Source: an uncultured virus (IMG/VR IMGVR_UViG_3300032294_001063)
Lineage: Duplodnaviria > Heunggongvirae > Uroviricota > Caudoviricetes
Virus record (IMG/VR): IMGVR_UViG_3300032294_001063
Length of the DNA: 64,000 nucleotides
Direction: 5' to 3' (one strand)
Position 1 is the stretch's first letter; each line of letters opens with the position of its first letter. The position numbers and the translations under genes are program-made. Under the pieces are notes generated by a model, which saw only the letters and a program-made list of their open reading frames with translations, was not told the origin of the DNA and ran no database searches. Below are positions 31,591-41,391 of this stretch, piece after piece.

Positions 31591-32368
31591 AGATATAGTA
31601 AAGAACCTTAAATTTAAGAAGCATACTGGTAAGCATTTTGACCCAGAGCTTTTTGCACAATTGCTTGATGAGTCATACAGAAACACTAAACGTGCAGATG
31701 GCGAGATGACTAAAAAATCATTTAGTCCAAGCTCGTTAGGTTATGGTCATGGTACATGCCCAAGATACTGGTATATGGCTTTTACTGGCGCAATGTTTAT
31801 AGATGATAATGATGCGGTAGCAGTTGCTAACATGGCTCAAGGAACACAGGCTCACGAACGTTTACAAAAGCTTATCTCAACTATGCCACAGTTTAAGGCT
31901 GAAGAAGAAGAAATTATTAATGACTATCCTCCAATTAGGGGATTTATAGATCTTATTATGGAGTATGATAATGAGATAGTGATTGGTGAAATTAAAACTG
32001 CCAAGCAAGAGGTTTGGGATGCAAGGCAATCTGAAATGAAACCTACTACAAATCACCTGCTTCAGCTTCTTACATATATGAAGCTTAAAAAAGCTAAAGA
32101 AGGATTTTTTCTTTATGAAAATAAAAATACACAGGAGCTAATAGTTATTCCAGTATCCATGAATGAAAAAAATACGGCTATTATTGAAGAAGCCTTTACT
32201 TGGATGTGTGAGGTATGGGACAACTTTAAAGATGGGGATCTTCCAATGCGTCCAGCAGGTGCTTCAAAGTCTAAGATGCCATGCACATACTGTCCTATTA
32301 AAAAAGAATGCTATGCAGGCTTAACAGGAACCGTTCAAATAGAATCATACAAGGTGCCAAAGCTGTGA
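31583..32368 (+). CDS. Cas4-like (RecB-family, Fe-S) exonuclease
   Basis: CPR..., GT..H, GFID...EIKT, QL..Y, CTYCPIKKEC. Confidence 0.85.
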   Translation: MGRDIVKNLKFKKHTGKHFDPELFAQLLDESYRNTKRADGEMTKKSFSPSSLGYGHGTCPRYWYMAFTGAMFIDDNDAVAVANMAQGTQAHERLQKLISTMPQFKAEEEEIINDYPPIRGFIDLIMEYDNEIVIGEIKTAKQEVWDARQSEMKPTTNHLLQLLTYMKLKKAKEGFFLYENKNTQELIVIPVSMNEKNTAIIEEAFTWMCEVWDNFKDGDLPMRPAGASKSKMPCTYCPIKKECYAGLTGTVQIESYKVPKL

Positions 32369-32649
32369 TATGTGCCAATAAAGATTGTTTAAATGGAAAA
32401 GAATTTAATCCTAAAACTCATAATCAAAAATATTGTTCTGATGAATGCTGCAGAATTGCAACTAATAAAAGAATTATGGAAAAATATTATGAGAAAAAGG
32501 CTATTAGAAATGGTGCTGTACGTGGATGCAAAAAATGTAAAGCACAACTAAGCAGATATAATGAAACAAATTTATGTGCCTCATGTCAGAAAAAAATAGA
32601 TATTACTGCAAAAAATAAAATAAAGGGAATGCTAGATGAAATTAGCTGA
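32365..32649 (+). CDS. Cys-rich zinc-binding protein
   Basis: Multiple CxxC/CxxxC motifs. Confidence 0.65.
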   Translation: MICANKDCLNGKEFNPKTHNQKYCSDECCRIATNKRIMEKYYEKKAIRNGAVRGCKKCKAQLSRYNETNLCASCQKKIDITAKNKIKGMLDEIS

Positions 32650-33202
32650 CCTTGTAAAGACCAGGGCAAATAAAGTTTTGGGCATAGACGCTTCAACAAA
32701 TTCGGTTGCTTTCTGTCTTATGGAAAATGACAAACCCTTAAAATGGGGTAAAATAGAATTTGTAGGGGCTGATATATATGAAAAAATATATGATGCAAAA
32801 GTTAAAACACACGCTATGCTAGAAGAATTAAAGTCAGATTATATTGCGGTAGAGGGGGCCATACTTGTCAGATCACCCGATGCTGTGATAAAATTGTCTT
32901 ATGTATATGGAGTTGTTATTGCTGAGCTTATGTCTACTGGTTCTAAGGTTATTACTATTAGTCCATCCTCGTGGCAGGCGTTCATTGGCAACAAAAATCC
33001 AACGAAAGATGAGAAGTCTGCAATAAGATTAAAGAATCCAGGATACGCAGACTCTTGGTATAAAACTCAGTTAAGAAATATGCGTAAGCAAAGAACTGTA
33101 GATTATTTTAATAAAAAATATAATCTATCTATAAAAGATTTTGATGTAGCAGATGCATTCGGCATTGCTCATTATGCTAACAAGGTGCTTACTGAAAGAT
33201 GA
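32636..33202 (+). CDS. ruvC: RuvC-like Holliday junction resolvase
   Basis: VLGIDAS, IAVE, DVADAFGIA. Confidence 0.85.
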   Translation: MKLADLVKTRANKVLGIDASTNSVAFCLMENDKPLKWGKIEFVGADIYEKIYDAKVKTHAMLEELKSDYIAVEGAILVRSPDAVIKLSYVYGVVIAELMSTGSKVITISPSSWQAFIGNKNPTKDEKSAIRLKNPGYADSWYKTQLRNMRKQRTVDYFNKKYNLSIKDFDVADAFGIAHYANKVLTER

Positions 33203-33345
33203 AGTTTTATCAAAGCAAAGAGTGGCTATATAGAAGGTACGTTGTCCAAAAAAAGACAGTTACTGAAATTGGCAAAGAGTGTGGAGTATCTGCTATGACT
33301 ATACAGAGATACTTAGAACAGTTTGGTTTAATTAAAAAAAGATGA
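33199..33345 (+). CDS. Small HTH protein (48 aa)
   Basis: WLYRRYVVQKKTVTEIGKECGVSAMTIQRYL; not in ORF track. Confidence 0.65.
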   Translation: MKFYQSKEWLYRRYVVQKKTVTEIGKECGVSAMTIQRYLEQFGLIKKR

Positions 33346-34043
33346 ATTTAGACAGTATGTGTTATAAGATTTTTCATATTCCAAATTATGGTGAGTCTGC
33401 TCAAGAAAGATCTTGGTTATTCAATGATCTTGATTCGTACCTTTCTAATAAAATTGATAGGTTAAATACGGATACTGTGCTAATAAGTAACGAAGATCAA
33501 TACTTTGATTTCAATGAAAAGTATAACTTGATTAAAGCTAATAGAAAGTTTAAATGGGGAGAGCTTGGAATTTGGGCTAGTAACCTTTTAGCAATAAAAA
33601 ATTTTATAGAAACAGATAAAGAATATTTAATGTTAATGGAAGACGATATTCATGTTCCTGACAAGGATAGGTTTCTAGAATTATTAATTGGTTATATGGA
33701 CAGTCTTCCAGAAGACTGGGAAGTCTTTAGCTATTTTGTTCATGAGAATCAGTTTACAAGATTTCAAAATATATACGGGAATACAGATATTGTTCCAGCC
33801 TACCAGGACTGGTCCATGCTTTGCTACGTACTAAATAAAAAATCGGCTATAAAAATATTAGATCTATGTTTAATTAATGGTTTTGATATGCCTATAGACT
33901 GGTATATATACCGACAGCCCGAAGTGTTTAAATCTTATACCCTAAGCCCTATTGCGGAAATGGGATGTAAATTGTATGATATAGTATCAACATTTCAAGA
34001 AAGAGAAGAGTGGCACACAGTGCCAGAAAAGAGAAACGCATGA
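33342..34043 (+). CDS. Glycosyltransferase family 25-like
   Basis: GELGIWAS, LMEDD, CYVLNKKSA.K, PID. Confidence 0.8.
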   Translation: MNLDSMCYKIFHIPNYGESAQERSWLFNDLDSYLSNKIDRLNTDTVLISNEDQYFDFNEKYNLIKANRKFKWGELGIWASNLLAIKNFIETDKEYLMLMEDDIHVPDKDRFLELLIGYMDSLPEDWEVFSYFVHENQFTRFQNIYGNTDIVPAYQDWSMLCYVLNKKSAIKILDLCLINGFDMPIDWYIYRQPEVFKSYTLSPIAEMGCKLYDIVSTFQEREEWHTVPEKRNA

Positions 34044-34657
34044 GCAGAGAACTAGCAGAAAAACTACCTAATTGGTTTTTAGGTAATAAAACTCAAGATG
34101 ATTTTAATAGGTTGCTTCAGGAGTTTAAGGGCAAGCCAAATTTAAAGTTCCTTGAGATTGGTTCATTTTGTGGAAACAGTGCAGCATGGACAATTGAAAA
34201 TATTTTAACAGACAAAACGTCTAATCTTACCTGTGTAGATCCATGGAATGGAAATGTCGCACACGAAGCTTTTGACTTCTCGGATGTAGAAGCAGCATTT
34301 GATCAGCAACTTGAGCCATTCAAGGATCAGCTAATTAAACAAAAGGCATACAGCGATGAATGGTTAATGAAGAATAGATCAAAGCAATACGACTTTATTT
34401 ATATTGATGGTGACCATATGCCACAAGCATTTATGATGGACGCTCTGCTTTCGTGGGAACTTTTGAAGCCAGGCGGTATTATGGCAATTGATGATTATGC
34501 ATGGACTCATCCAAGAGGATCTAGGTATAATCCAGGACCAGCAATTGATATGTTTGTAAGTATGTATTCAGAACACCTAGAGGTAATTGAAAAAGGATGG
34601 CAGGTTTGGGTTAGAAAGAATCCAAATTATATTCGACCAGAGCACATTCACGAATAG
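34040..34657 (+). CDS. Class I SAM-dependent methyltransferase (Methyltransf_24-like)
   Basis: LEIGSFCGNS, VDPW, FIYIDGDH, LKPGG..IDDY. Confidence 0.88.
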   Translation: MSRELAEKLPNWFLGNKTQDDFNRLLQEFKGKPNLKFLEIGSFCGNSAAWTIENILTDKTSNLTCVDPWNGNVAHEAFDFSDVEAAFDQQLEPFKDQLIKQKAYSDEWLMKNRSKQYDFIYIDGDHMPQAFMMDALLSWELLKPGGIMAIDDYAWTHPRGSRYNPGPAIDMFVSMYSEHLEVIEKGWQVWVRKNPNYIRPEHIHE

Positions 34658-34667
34658 GAGAAAATAA

Positions 34668-35009
34668 ATGGCGGGATATCCAGAAAAAGAAAAAGGTTAT
34701 CAGATGTGGGTTACAGATCTTCAATTAATGGCAACATCTGCCCCATCAGGCAATAAGATCATTACAGAGTGCTTAGAAATAGCAGGCATGCTAATTGAAA
34801 AAAATATATCATATGGAGACTCAGCCTTGTCACCAATTAGAATATTTTCTCAGGCAGATAATCAAGAGCAGATTAAAATTCGTATTGATGATAAAATAAA
34901 TAGAATTAAAAATGGCTCAGGGTTTGCAGGAGATAACGATATTGATGACATGATTGGTTATTTAATCTTACTTAAAATTGCCAAGAAACTTGCTATTTCA
35001 GTCGACTAA
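34668..35009 (+). CDS. DUF1599/Nmad1-like protein
   Basis: KNISYGDS...IRIDDKINRI...DMIGYLIL. Confidence 0.7.
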   Translation: MAGYPEKEKGYQMWVTDLQLMATSAPSGNKIITECLEIAGMLIEKNISYGDSALSPIRIFSQADNQEQIKIRIDDKINRIKNGSGFAGDNDIDDMIGYLILLKIAKKLAISVD

Positions 35010-35025
35010 GAGTATACTCTAGTAT

Positions 35026-35565
35026 ATGTCCGAAATTGAATTAGCAGATCATTTTGATCGCATGAACGTAGTGGTCTCAGAACTACTTAAGGGAAACAAT
35101 CCGACCCAAATTGCAACCGTCACGGGCTTTAAGAGAGCCGAAGTGGTGGAGTTGATAGAGGAGTGGAAGAGTGTTGTACACAACGACACAGCGGCCCGTG
35201 AAAGGGCTAAGGAGGCCATATCTGGAGCAGACCAACACTATGCAATGCTTATTAAAGAAGCATGGAAGACAGTAGAGGATGCAGACCAAGCAGGACAGCT
35301 AAGCGTTAAATCTGGTGCTCTTAAATTAATTGCAGATATTGAAGGCAAGCGAATTGGAATGCTTCAAGAAGTGGGTCTTCTTGATAATGCTGAATTAGCA
35401 AATCAAATTGCAGAAACAGAACGCAAACAGGACATCCTTGTGAAAATATTAAAGGAAGTAACTGCTTCGTGCCCTAAGTGTAAAATGGATGTAGCAAAAA
35501 GGTTATCTCAAATTACTGGTATCGTTGAGCCAATAGAGATAGTTGAGGAATCTAGTGGATCTTAA
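35026..35565 (+). CDS. Putative terminase small subunit/HTH protein
   Basis: N-terminal HTH, helical, directly before terminase; leaderless after TTGCTA-17-TATACT. Confidence 0.55.
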   Translation: MSEIELADHFDRMNVVVSELLKGNNPTQIATVTGFKRAEVVELIEEWKSVVHNDTAARERAKEAISGADQHYAMLIKEAWKTVEDADQAGQLSVKSGALKLIADIEGKRIGMLQEVGLLDNAELANQIAETERKQDILVKILKEVTASCPKCKMDVAKRLSQITGIVEPIEIVEESSGS

Positions 35566-37345
35566 TTTTAATGATTTAATTGATATTCTAGATGGCGAAG
35601 AGTTTGATGAACGTCCAGTAGACTTACGCACATTTGTGACAAGTCCAGATTATTTAGGCCTACCACCTTTATCTGAATATCAATATACATTAATTGAAAA
35701 ATCTTCACAGGTTTATAAAGAGTCTACGCTGATTAAATTATTCGGAGAAGACGAAGGCAAAAGAATGTTTAAGCAAACAGCCAACGAGGTTGTTGCTCAG
35801 CTAGGTAAGGGTTCTGGAAAAGATTACTGCTCAACCATATCAGTAGCTTATATAGTATATTTATTGTTGTGTCTTAAGGATCCAGCTCAGTATTATGGTA
35901 AGCCTCCTGGAGACTCTATTGATATTATTAACATTGCTATTAACGCACAGCAGGCTAACAATGTTTTCTTTAAGGGATTTAGAACACGAATAGACAAGTC
36001 TCCATGGTTTACTGGAAAGTATACTGAAAAGGCTTCTGAAATAAAGTTTAATAAGAATATAACAGTACACTCAGGTCACTCAGAGCGTGAGGCCTGGGAA
36101 GGATACAACGTTATCGTAATCATTCTTGATGAAATTTCAGGCTTTGCTACAGAAAATACAACTGGGCATGAACAAGCAAAAACTGGTAGTGCAATATATG
36201 AGATGTATCGTGCATCAGTGGATTCACGTTTTCCAGACTATGGAAAGGTTATTTTACTTTCATTTCCAAGATACAAGAATGACTATATTCAGCAAAGATA
36301 TGAAGATGTTGTTGCAGAAAAAGAGGTGGTGGTCAGATCTCACCACTTTAAACTTGACGAATCTTTACCAGATGGAACAGAAGGAAATGAGTTTGATATC
36401 GAGTGGGAAGAAGACCATATCCTGTCTTACAAATATCCAAGAATGTATGCCCTTAAAAGACCAACCTGGGAAATTAATCCTACAAGAAGTATTGATGACT
36501 TTAAGGTAGCGTTTTATAAAAATGCACCAGACGCACTTGGAAGATTCGCATGCATGCCTTCAGAAGCTATAGATGCATTTTTTAAATCTAGAGAAAAAAT
36601 TGAAAACGCATTCAGTAATAAAGCTTTAGCTGTAGATGAATTCGGAAGATTTGAAAACTGGTTTGCCCCAGATCCAGATAAAGAATATTTTTTGCACGTT
36701 GACTTGGCGCAAAAGCATGACCACTGTGCAGTTGCAATGTCACACGTACAGAAGTGGGTTAATGTAAAAGTAACCGATACATATTCTCAACCAGCTCCAA
36801 TTGTAGAAGTTGATGCAGTTAGATATTGGACACCTACTCCAGATAAGTCTGTAGATTTTACTGAGGTTAAAGATTATATATTATCACTTAGAACAAAAGG
36901 ATTTAAAATTCGTGTGTGTACGTTTGACCGATGGAATTCACACGACATGATGCAACAATTAAAGCAGTACGGAATTAATACAGAAAACTTATCTGTTGCA
37001 AAAAAACATTATGATGATATGGCAATGGTTGTAGCCGAAGATAGATTAAATGGGCCAGCAATTAAATTGCTTATTGATGAGTTACTTCAATTAAAAATTA
37101 TGAGAGATAGGGTTGATCACCCAAGAAAAGGATCTAAAGACTTAGCGGATGCCGTATGCGGTTCTGTATATAACGCAATTAGCAGAAGCAGGCCACAAAA
37201 CAATGAAGAGATAGACATACATACCTACAGCTCTTTAAAGTGGGATAGAGAAAAAGAAGAAGATGAAATAGTAGTTAATATGATAAGACCACCAAGAATG
37301 CCCAAGAACTTATCAGATATGTTAGACGGAATGGAAATAGTATGA
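35555..37345 (+). CDS. terL: Terminase large subunit
   Basis: GKGSGKD Walker A, ILDE Walker B, HVDLA..HD and KDLADA nuclease motifs. Confidence 0.9.
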   Translation: MDLNFNDLIDILDGEEFDERPVDLRTFVTSPDYLGLPPLSEYQYTLIEKSSQVYKESTLIKLFGEDEGKRMFKQTANEVVAQLGKGSGKDYCSTISVAYIVYLLLCLKDPAQYYGKPPGDSIDIINIAINAQQANNVFFKGFRTRIDKSPWFTGKYTEKASEIKFNKNITVHSGHSEREAWEGYNVIVIILDEISGFATENTTGHEQAKTGSAIYEMYRASVDSRFPDYGKVILLSFPRYKNDYIQQRYEDVVAEKEVVVRSHHFKLDESLPDGTEGNEFDIEWEEDHILSYKYPRMYALKRPTWEINPTRSIDDFKVAFYKNAPDALGRFACMPSEAIDAFFKSREKIENAFSNKALAVDEFGRFENWFAPDPDKEYFLHVDLAQKHDHCAVAMSHVQKWVNVKVTDTYSQPAPIVEVDAVRYWTPTPDKSVDFTEVKDYILSLRTKGFKIRVCTFDRWNSHDMMQQLKQYGINTENLSVAKKHYDDMAMVVAEDRLNGPAIKLLIDELLQLKIMRDRVDHPRKGSKDLADAVCGSVYNAISRSRPQNNEEIDIHTYSSLKWDREKEEDEIVVNMIRPPRMPKNLSDMLDGMEIV

Positions 37346-37599
37346 GTATATATCAAGAAAGAGCTAAAGAGTGCAAATGTTGTGGCAAGCATGTGCCTCT
37401 ACCTACAGTTTTAAAAGAATATAATGGTGTACCTTTATGCCCAACAACCTTTTCTAATGTGGTAGAATACAAGAGAATATGGAAGTCTTTTGGATCCAGG
37501 CCATCTGGAAGCATTAGAAAACATTTTTCTGATTACGTTCAGCAATTAGTAGAAACAACAATTAATGAAAGTGAAAATGTAATTTCAAATGAACCTTGA
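37342..37599 (+). CDS. Small Cys-containing protein
   Basis: CKCC...CPT. Confidence 0.55.
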   Translation: MSIYQERAKECKCCGKHVPLPTVLKEYNGVPLCPTTFSNVVEYKRIWKSFGSRPSGSIRKHFSDYVQQLVETTINESENVISNEP

Positions 37600-37921
37600 A
37601 GACAATGATGATAATGAAATGTTAGCCTATTATCTAGAAATAGGGGTTGTTAATCTAGAGGGTATGGACGAGAGCGGAGAAATGATTTATTCAATAAATC
37701 AAGAACTTGCTAAGGAACTTGCTCCAGAATTATGGCAATCTCATATTGACTATGTTGATAAGTCTTTAATTGAGTTGTATGAAGCTGGCTTGGTAGATAT
37801 TGAATATGACGAAAACCTAGAGGCAAAAATACGTCTGAGTGAAGAGGGTCATCGAATAGCTAAAGAAAAAGGCTTGATAGAGATAGACCCTATAGATTTT
37901 AAAAACATTCCAAACGATTAA
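37589..37921 (+). CDS. Acidic hypothetical protein (winged-helix-like C-terminus)
   Basis: LIELYEAGLVDI...LSEEG. Confidence 0.55.
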   Translation: MNLEDNDDNEMLAYYLEIGVVNLEGMDESGEMIYSINQELAKELAPELWQSHIDYVDKSLIELYEAGLVDIEYDENLEAKIRLSEEGHRIAKEKGLIEIDPIDFKNIPND

Positions 37922-37997
37922 TAATTATGATATAATTATATTAGGATGCCCATTAGGGGTCCTATAAATTAACTTATTCGCTTTAAGGAGGAATAAA

Positions 37998-38417
37998 ATG
38001 GTAACACATTACGCATGGGATCTTTTTAAGGATCCATTTTTTATTGGCTTCAACGATATGTTTGATCGCCTAAATACAGTACACACAACAGCATCACACC
38101 AATCATACCCACCTTACAATATTGTAAAGTTGGGGGATGACACATTTCGTGTAGACCTAGCTTTGGCTGGGTTTGACAAGAAGGATGTTGATGTAACTAT
38201 TGATAACGGAACCCTTGTAATTAAGGGCGAGGTATCAGCAGAAGACTCTGGTGAAGCAATCCATAAAGGAATTGCTGCCCGTAAATTCACCCGCACATTT
38301 GCGCTTGGGGAATATATGGAAGTCACTGGTGCTGAATTAAAGAATGGCCTATTGTCAGTTACAGTTGAAAAAATTGTGCCTGAAGACAAAAAGCCAAAGA
38401 CCATCAAGATCAAATAA
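37998..38417 (+). CDS. Small heat-shock protein (Hsp20/IbpA)
   Basis: YPPYNI, LALAGF, HKGIAARKFTRTF, LKNGLL, IKI. Confidence 0.95.
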   Translation: MVTHYAWDLFKDPFFIGFNDMFDRLNTVHTTASHQSYPPYNIVKLGDDTFRVDLALAGFDKKDVDVTIDNGTLVIKGEVSAEDSGEAIHKGIAARKFTRTFALGEYMEVTGAELKNGLLSVTVEKIVPEDKKPKTIKIK

Positions 38418-38430
38418 ATAGTATAATAGA

Positions 38431-38549
38431 AATCTGCACCCCGTCACTGGGGAGTCGCAGATTCGGGCATCGCCGCCCAGGATAGTCGGGGGAGACAGCG
38501 ACTATAAATAACTGGTATAGTCCTGAGCATGACTGTAAAAAACTGCTCA
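38431..38549 (+). ncRNA. Candidate structured RNA (hairpins plus H-type pseudoknot)
   Basis: GC-rich intergenic after TATAAT; stems AATCTGC/GCAGATT, GGGC/GCCC, ATAGTCG/CGACTAT; pseudoknot TATAGTC/GACTGTA with TGAGCA/TGCTCA. Confidence 0.6.
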
Positions 38550-38567
38550 TCAAAATTAAGGAGAGAT

Positions 38568-38972
38568 ATGTTTGAATATAGAATTAAGCAAGTAAACAAG
38601 GTAGTTGATGGAGATACTATCGATGTTGATATTGATTTAGGATTCAGCATTTCATACTCTCAAAGACTAAGACTTGCAGGAATAGATACCCCAGAGTCTA
38701 GAACAACAGACAAGTTTGAAAAAACACTTGGAATTGAATCAAAGGATTACTTAAAGAATAAACTTAAAGATGCTAAAAATGTAGTTGTGAAGACAGAAAA
38801 GCCAGATAGTTCAGAAAAGTATGGAAGAGTACTTGGGTGGGTTTATGTTGATGGCAATACAAAATCTCTTAACGAACAAATGATAGAAGATGGATATGCA
38901 TGGTCATATTTAGGAGATACTAAAGTTAAAGATTTTTCAATACTGGCAGAAAAAAGAAAAAAGATTAGGTGA
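38568..38972 (+). CDS. Thermonuclease (SNase family)
   Basis: VVDGDTI, RLAGIDTPE, KYGRVLG; RBS AAGGAG. Confidence 0.9.
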   Translation: MFEYRIKQVNKVVDGDTIDVDIDLGFSISYSQRLRLAGIDTPESRTTDKFEKTLGIESKDYLKNKLKDAKNVVVKTEKPDSSEKYGRVLGWVYVDGNTKSLNEQMIEDGYAWSYLGDTKVKDFSILAEKRKKIR

Positions 38973-40072
38973 TCAGTATGCAAAAAAATCAATTGATGCC
39001 AAAGGTAATTGTATATAGCGGAGTCTTAGACAATACAGAGTTTATTACTTCAACAATTAAGCAATCCGAAGCCGAAGAAAATCAAGGCAGATACTATATA
39101 AATAAGTGGGGTAAATGGGGTCGTATAGGGACAAGCACACAATTAAAAAACTGGTTATTTAGTTTAAGCAATGGATCACTACTAAATGTTGGAGATGAAT
39201 CTGACTGGTGTATTAATAAAAGAACATGGTTTCTTTTAAATAAAGATGATAAAAGCAGCCATAAATGCGATAATACAAATGATGAAGTTTATGTTCCAGA
39301 AGACTATGCCCCTATAGAAAAGGAAGACCTTGACTGGTTCAAAAATAATTATTTTAATTTAATATCTGATGAAAACTCAATAGATCAAAGAAAAATGCTT
39401 ACTAGCATTAGGTCAGCATATAAGAAAGTTTTACTAGACTATATAAAAGATTGGGGAGCAGACGAGTCTTTTGATAGAGTAAATAATTTTAATCTTAAAG
39501 ATGGCTCATGGCAGATACCTAACTTTGGCATACTGCATCATTCTAAAACCCCAGACGACTATTCAATGTCTATGACTTACCATACAGATACTCATCAATA
39601 TGATACAGAGCGTGGCGGAAATCATTTTATATTAACTATTACAATGTATTTAAACGATGATTACGAAGGTGGAGAGCTTACATTTTTAAACGAAGATGAT
39701 GGAGATGTAATTCACTATCGACCAAAGGCGGGAGACATAACAGTTTTCCCATCTGCAGTACCATATTGGCATGGTGTAGAGAGAGTTGAGTCTGGAGACA
39801 GATACCTGGTAAGAACTTTCTTGGCCAAAGAGTTTGAGCCGTCTGATTCATGGAAAAAAAATGCAGAGCATTATGGATTAGAAGAGTATAAAAAGATGGA
39901 GCACGAAAGAATATCTAAAGAGTATAACGATCCTAAATATTTTAGATTAGCAGTTTATGAAGACGATGTTGTTACTAAAAATAGTAATGGCTCTATTCAT
40001 ATAGGTGACTATACTGGTATGGTTGGTTTCCCTTTTAATGTAAATAAAAAAAGAGGATATTATAAAAACTAA
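38969..40072 (+). CDS. 2OG-Fe(II) oxygenase (prolyl-4-hydroxylase-like)
   Basis: HTD, YLNDDYEGGEL, WHGV, GDRY. Confidence 0.85.
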   Translation: MISMQKNQLMPKVIVYSGVLDNTEFITSTIKQSEAEENQGRYYINKWGKWGRIGTSTQLKNWLFSLSNGSLLNVGDESDWCINKRTWFLLNKDDKSSHKCDNTNDEVYVPEDYAPIEKEDLDWFKNNYFNLISDENSIDQRKMLTSIRSAYKKVLLDYIKDWGADESFDRVNNFNLKDGSWQIPNFGILHHSKTPDDYSMSMTYHTDTHQYDTERGGNHFILTITMYLNDDYEGGELTFLNEDDGDVIHYRPKAGDITVFPSAVPYWHGVERVESGDRYLVRTFLAKEFEPSDSWKKNAEHYGLEEYKKMEHERISKEYNDPKYFRLAVYEDDVVTKNSNGSIHIGDYTGMVGFPFNVNKKRGYYKN

Positions 40073-40082
40073 AATTCATTGG

Positions 40083-40847
40083 ATGCAAAGACACGGAAAC
40101 GACTCTCTGCCCGAACTAAAATCTTTATCTAACAAGCTTGAGTCTTGCGGGTACGAGTCTGTTCTTTTGGTGTATCATTCATTGTTGCCAGACTATATGA
40201 TAAGGGTTGCAAATATTATTAATCCTGATCATAATTTAAAGTATATGTTTGCAATTAGGACATATGCCATAAGCCCAGAATATTGTGCAATGATGTGCGA
40301 AGCCTTTCATTTAATTGATCCCAACAGAATTATTTTGAATATTGCAGCTGGGGATTTAAAGCCAGAAGAAACTAGCGTTGAGGATGTTGTTAAAATAGGT
40401 GGTTTTTTAAAAGACTATTCGGATAGGGTAGAGTATACTTCAGAGTGGCTAGAAAAGTTTTTAAATTTAAAGTATTTTAAAAATAAACCAGAGTTAGTTG
40501 TAAGTGGTACTTCTTCAAAAACAATTGATAACTCAGAAAGATATGGGGATATACACTTAGCCATGCTATCAAGCTACAGAGATGGTCTTGAGGTTGGCAC
40601 AAAAAGAAAAATGGCGTCCTGCCCAGTTATCATAAGAGATACTCACGAAGAAGCTAAAGCTGTATTTGATTCCCAAGAAAATAGAATGACTAAAATTTCT
40701 ATGATTTATGGAACAGAAGATGAAGTAATTGAAAAAATTAAAAGGCTTGGAGATATAGGTATTACAGACTGCCTACTTAATTCAGATAGAGCAGGAGAAG
40801 ACGATAGGATACATAAGATGGTAAAGAAAATGTTGAAGGGTGAATGA
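40083..40847 (+). CDS. Luciferase-like (LLM-class) flavin-dependent oxidoreductase; start possibly 40059/40062
   Basis: LESCGYESVLL, LKYMFAIR..AISPEY, RIILNIAAG, VVSGTS, GTEDEV..KI..L..GI. Confidence 0.75.
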   Translation: MQRHGNDSLPELKSLSNKLESCGYESVLLVYHSLLPDYMIRVANIINPDHNLKYMFAIRTYAISPEYCAMMCEAFHLIDPNRIILNIAAGDLKPEETSVEDVVKIGGFLKDYSDRVEYTSEWLEKFLNLKYFKNKPELVVSGTSSKTIDNSERYGDIHLAMLSSYRDGLEVGTKRKMASCPVIIRDTHEEAKAVFDSQENRMTKISMIYGTEDEVIEKIKRLGDIGITDCLLNSDRAGEDDRIHKMVKKMLKGE

Positions 40848-40850
40848 GGT

Positions 40851-41036
40851 ATGCCCATATACGAATATAAGTGCGAATGTTCTCCAGAAGACATTGTTTC
40901 AAAAGAGCGATCTATAACCTCTGTTGAACCAAACTATCTGTGTAATTCATGCGGGAAAAGATTGCAAAGGCACTACGGTTCTTTTGGCATACAGTTTAAA
41001 GGCAATGGCTTTTATAAGACTGATAATCCTAAATAG
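40851..41036 (+). CDS. FmdB-family zinc-ribbon protein
   Basis: MPIYEYKC...C..CG...FKGNGFYKTD. Confidence 0.85.
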   Translation: MPIYEYKCECSPEDIVSKERSITSVEPNYLCNSCGKRLQRHYGSFGIQFKGNGFYKTDNPK

Positions 41037-41051
41037 GGTATAATTTATATC

Positions 41052-41324
41052 ATGATAAGAACACGAAACTTAATCTTAAATGGAACTGCACAAGAGCTAA
41101 CAATTGATGATCCAGTCAATACTCCATGTACGCTATTTGTAGATAACACAGATAACTCTAAGCATGCATACCTTGGCACTTCAAGTGTTACAACCTCTTC
41201 TTATGGAATAAAGTTAGAACCAGGTCAAGTATTCAGTATAGACTTATCTCCTTCAAGTAAACTTTATGGTGTTGGAGAATCTACACCAGTATCTATTTTA
41301 ATAATAGAAAAAAATTCAATCTAA
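41052..41324 (+). CDS. Small beta-sandwich protein (possible decoration protein)
   Basis: YLG...VT...YGIKL.PG...LYG; leaderless. Confidence 0.5.
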   Translation: MIRTRNLILNGTAQELTIDDPVNTPCTLFVDNTDNSKHAYLGTSSVTTSSYGIKLEPGQVFSIDLSPSSKLYGVGESTPVSILIIEKNSI

Positions 41325-41391
41325 TTAAATAAACATATCTGGTATAATTACTAAGTAAGCAAAAATATTGCATTACTTAGGAGATACCTAG

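Noticed and set aside
31583..32368. Cas4-like gene as evidence of CRISPR-Cas
   Set aside because: No repeat-spacer array or other cas genes; it sits in a recombination operon like stand-alone phage exonucleases
37925..37997. HspR (HAIR)/CIRCE operator or RNA thermometer before hsp20
   Set aside because: No consensus operator seen; the hairpin does not cover the SD
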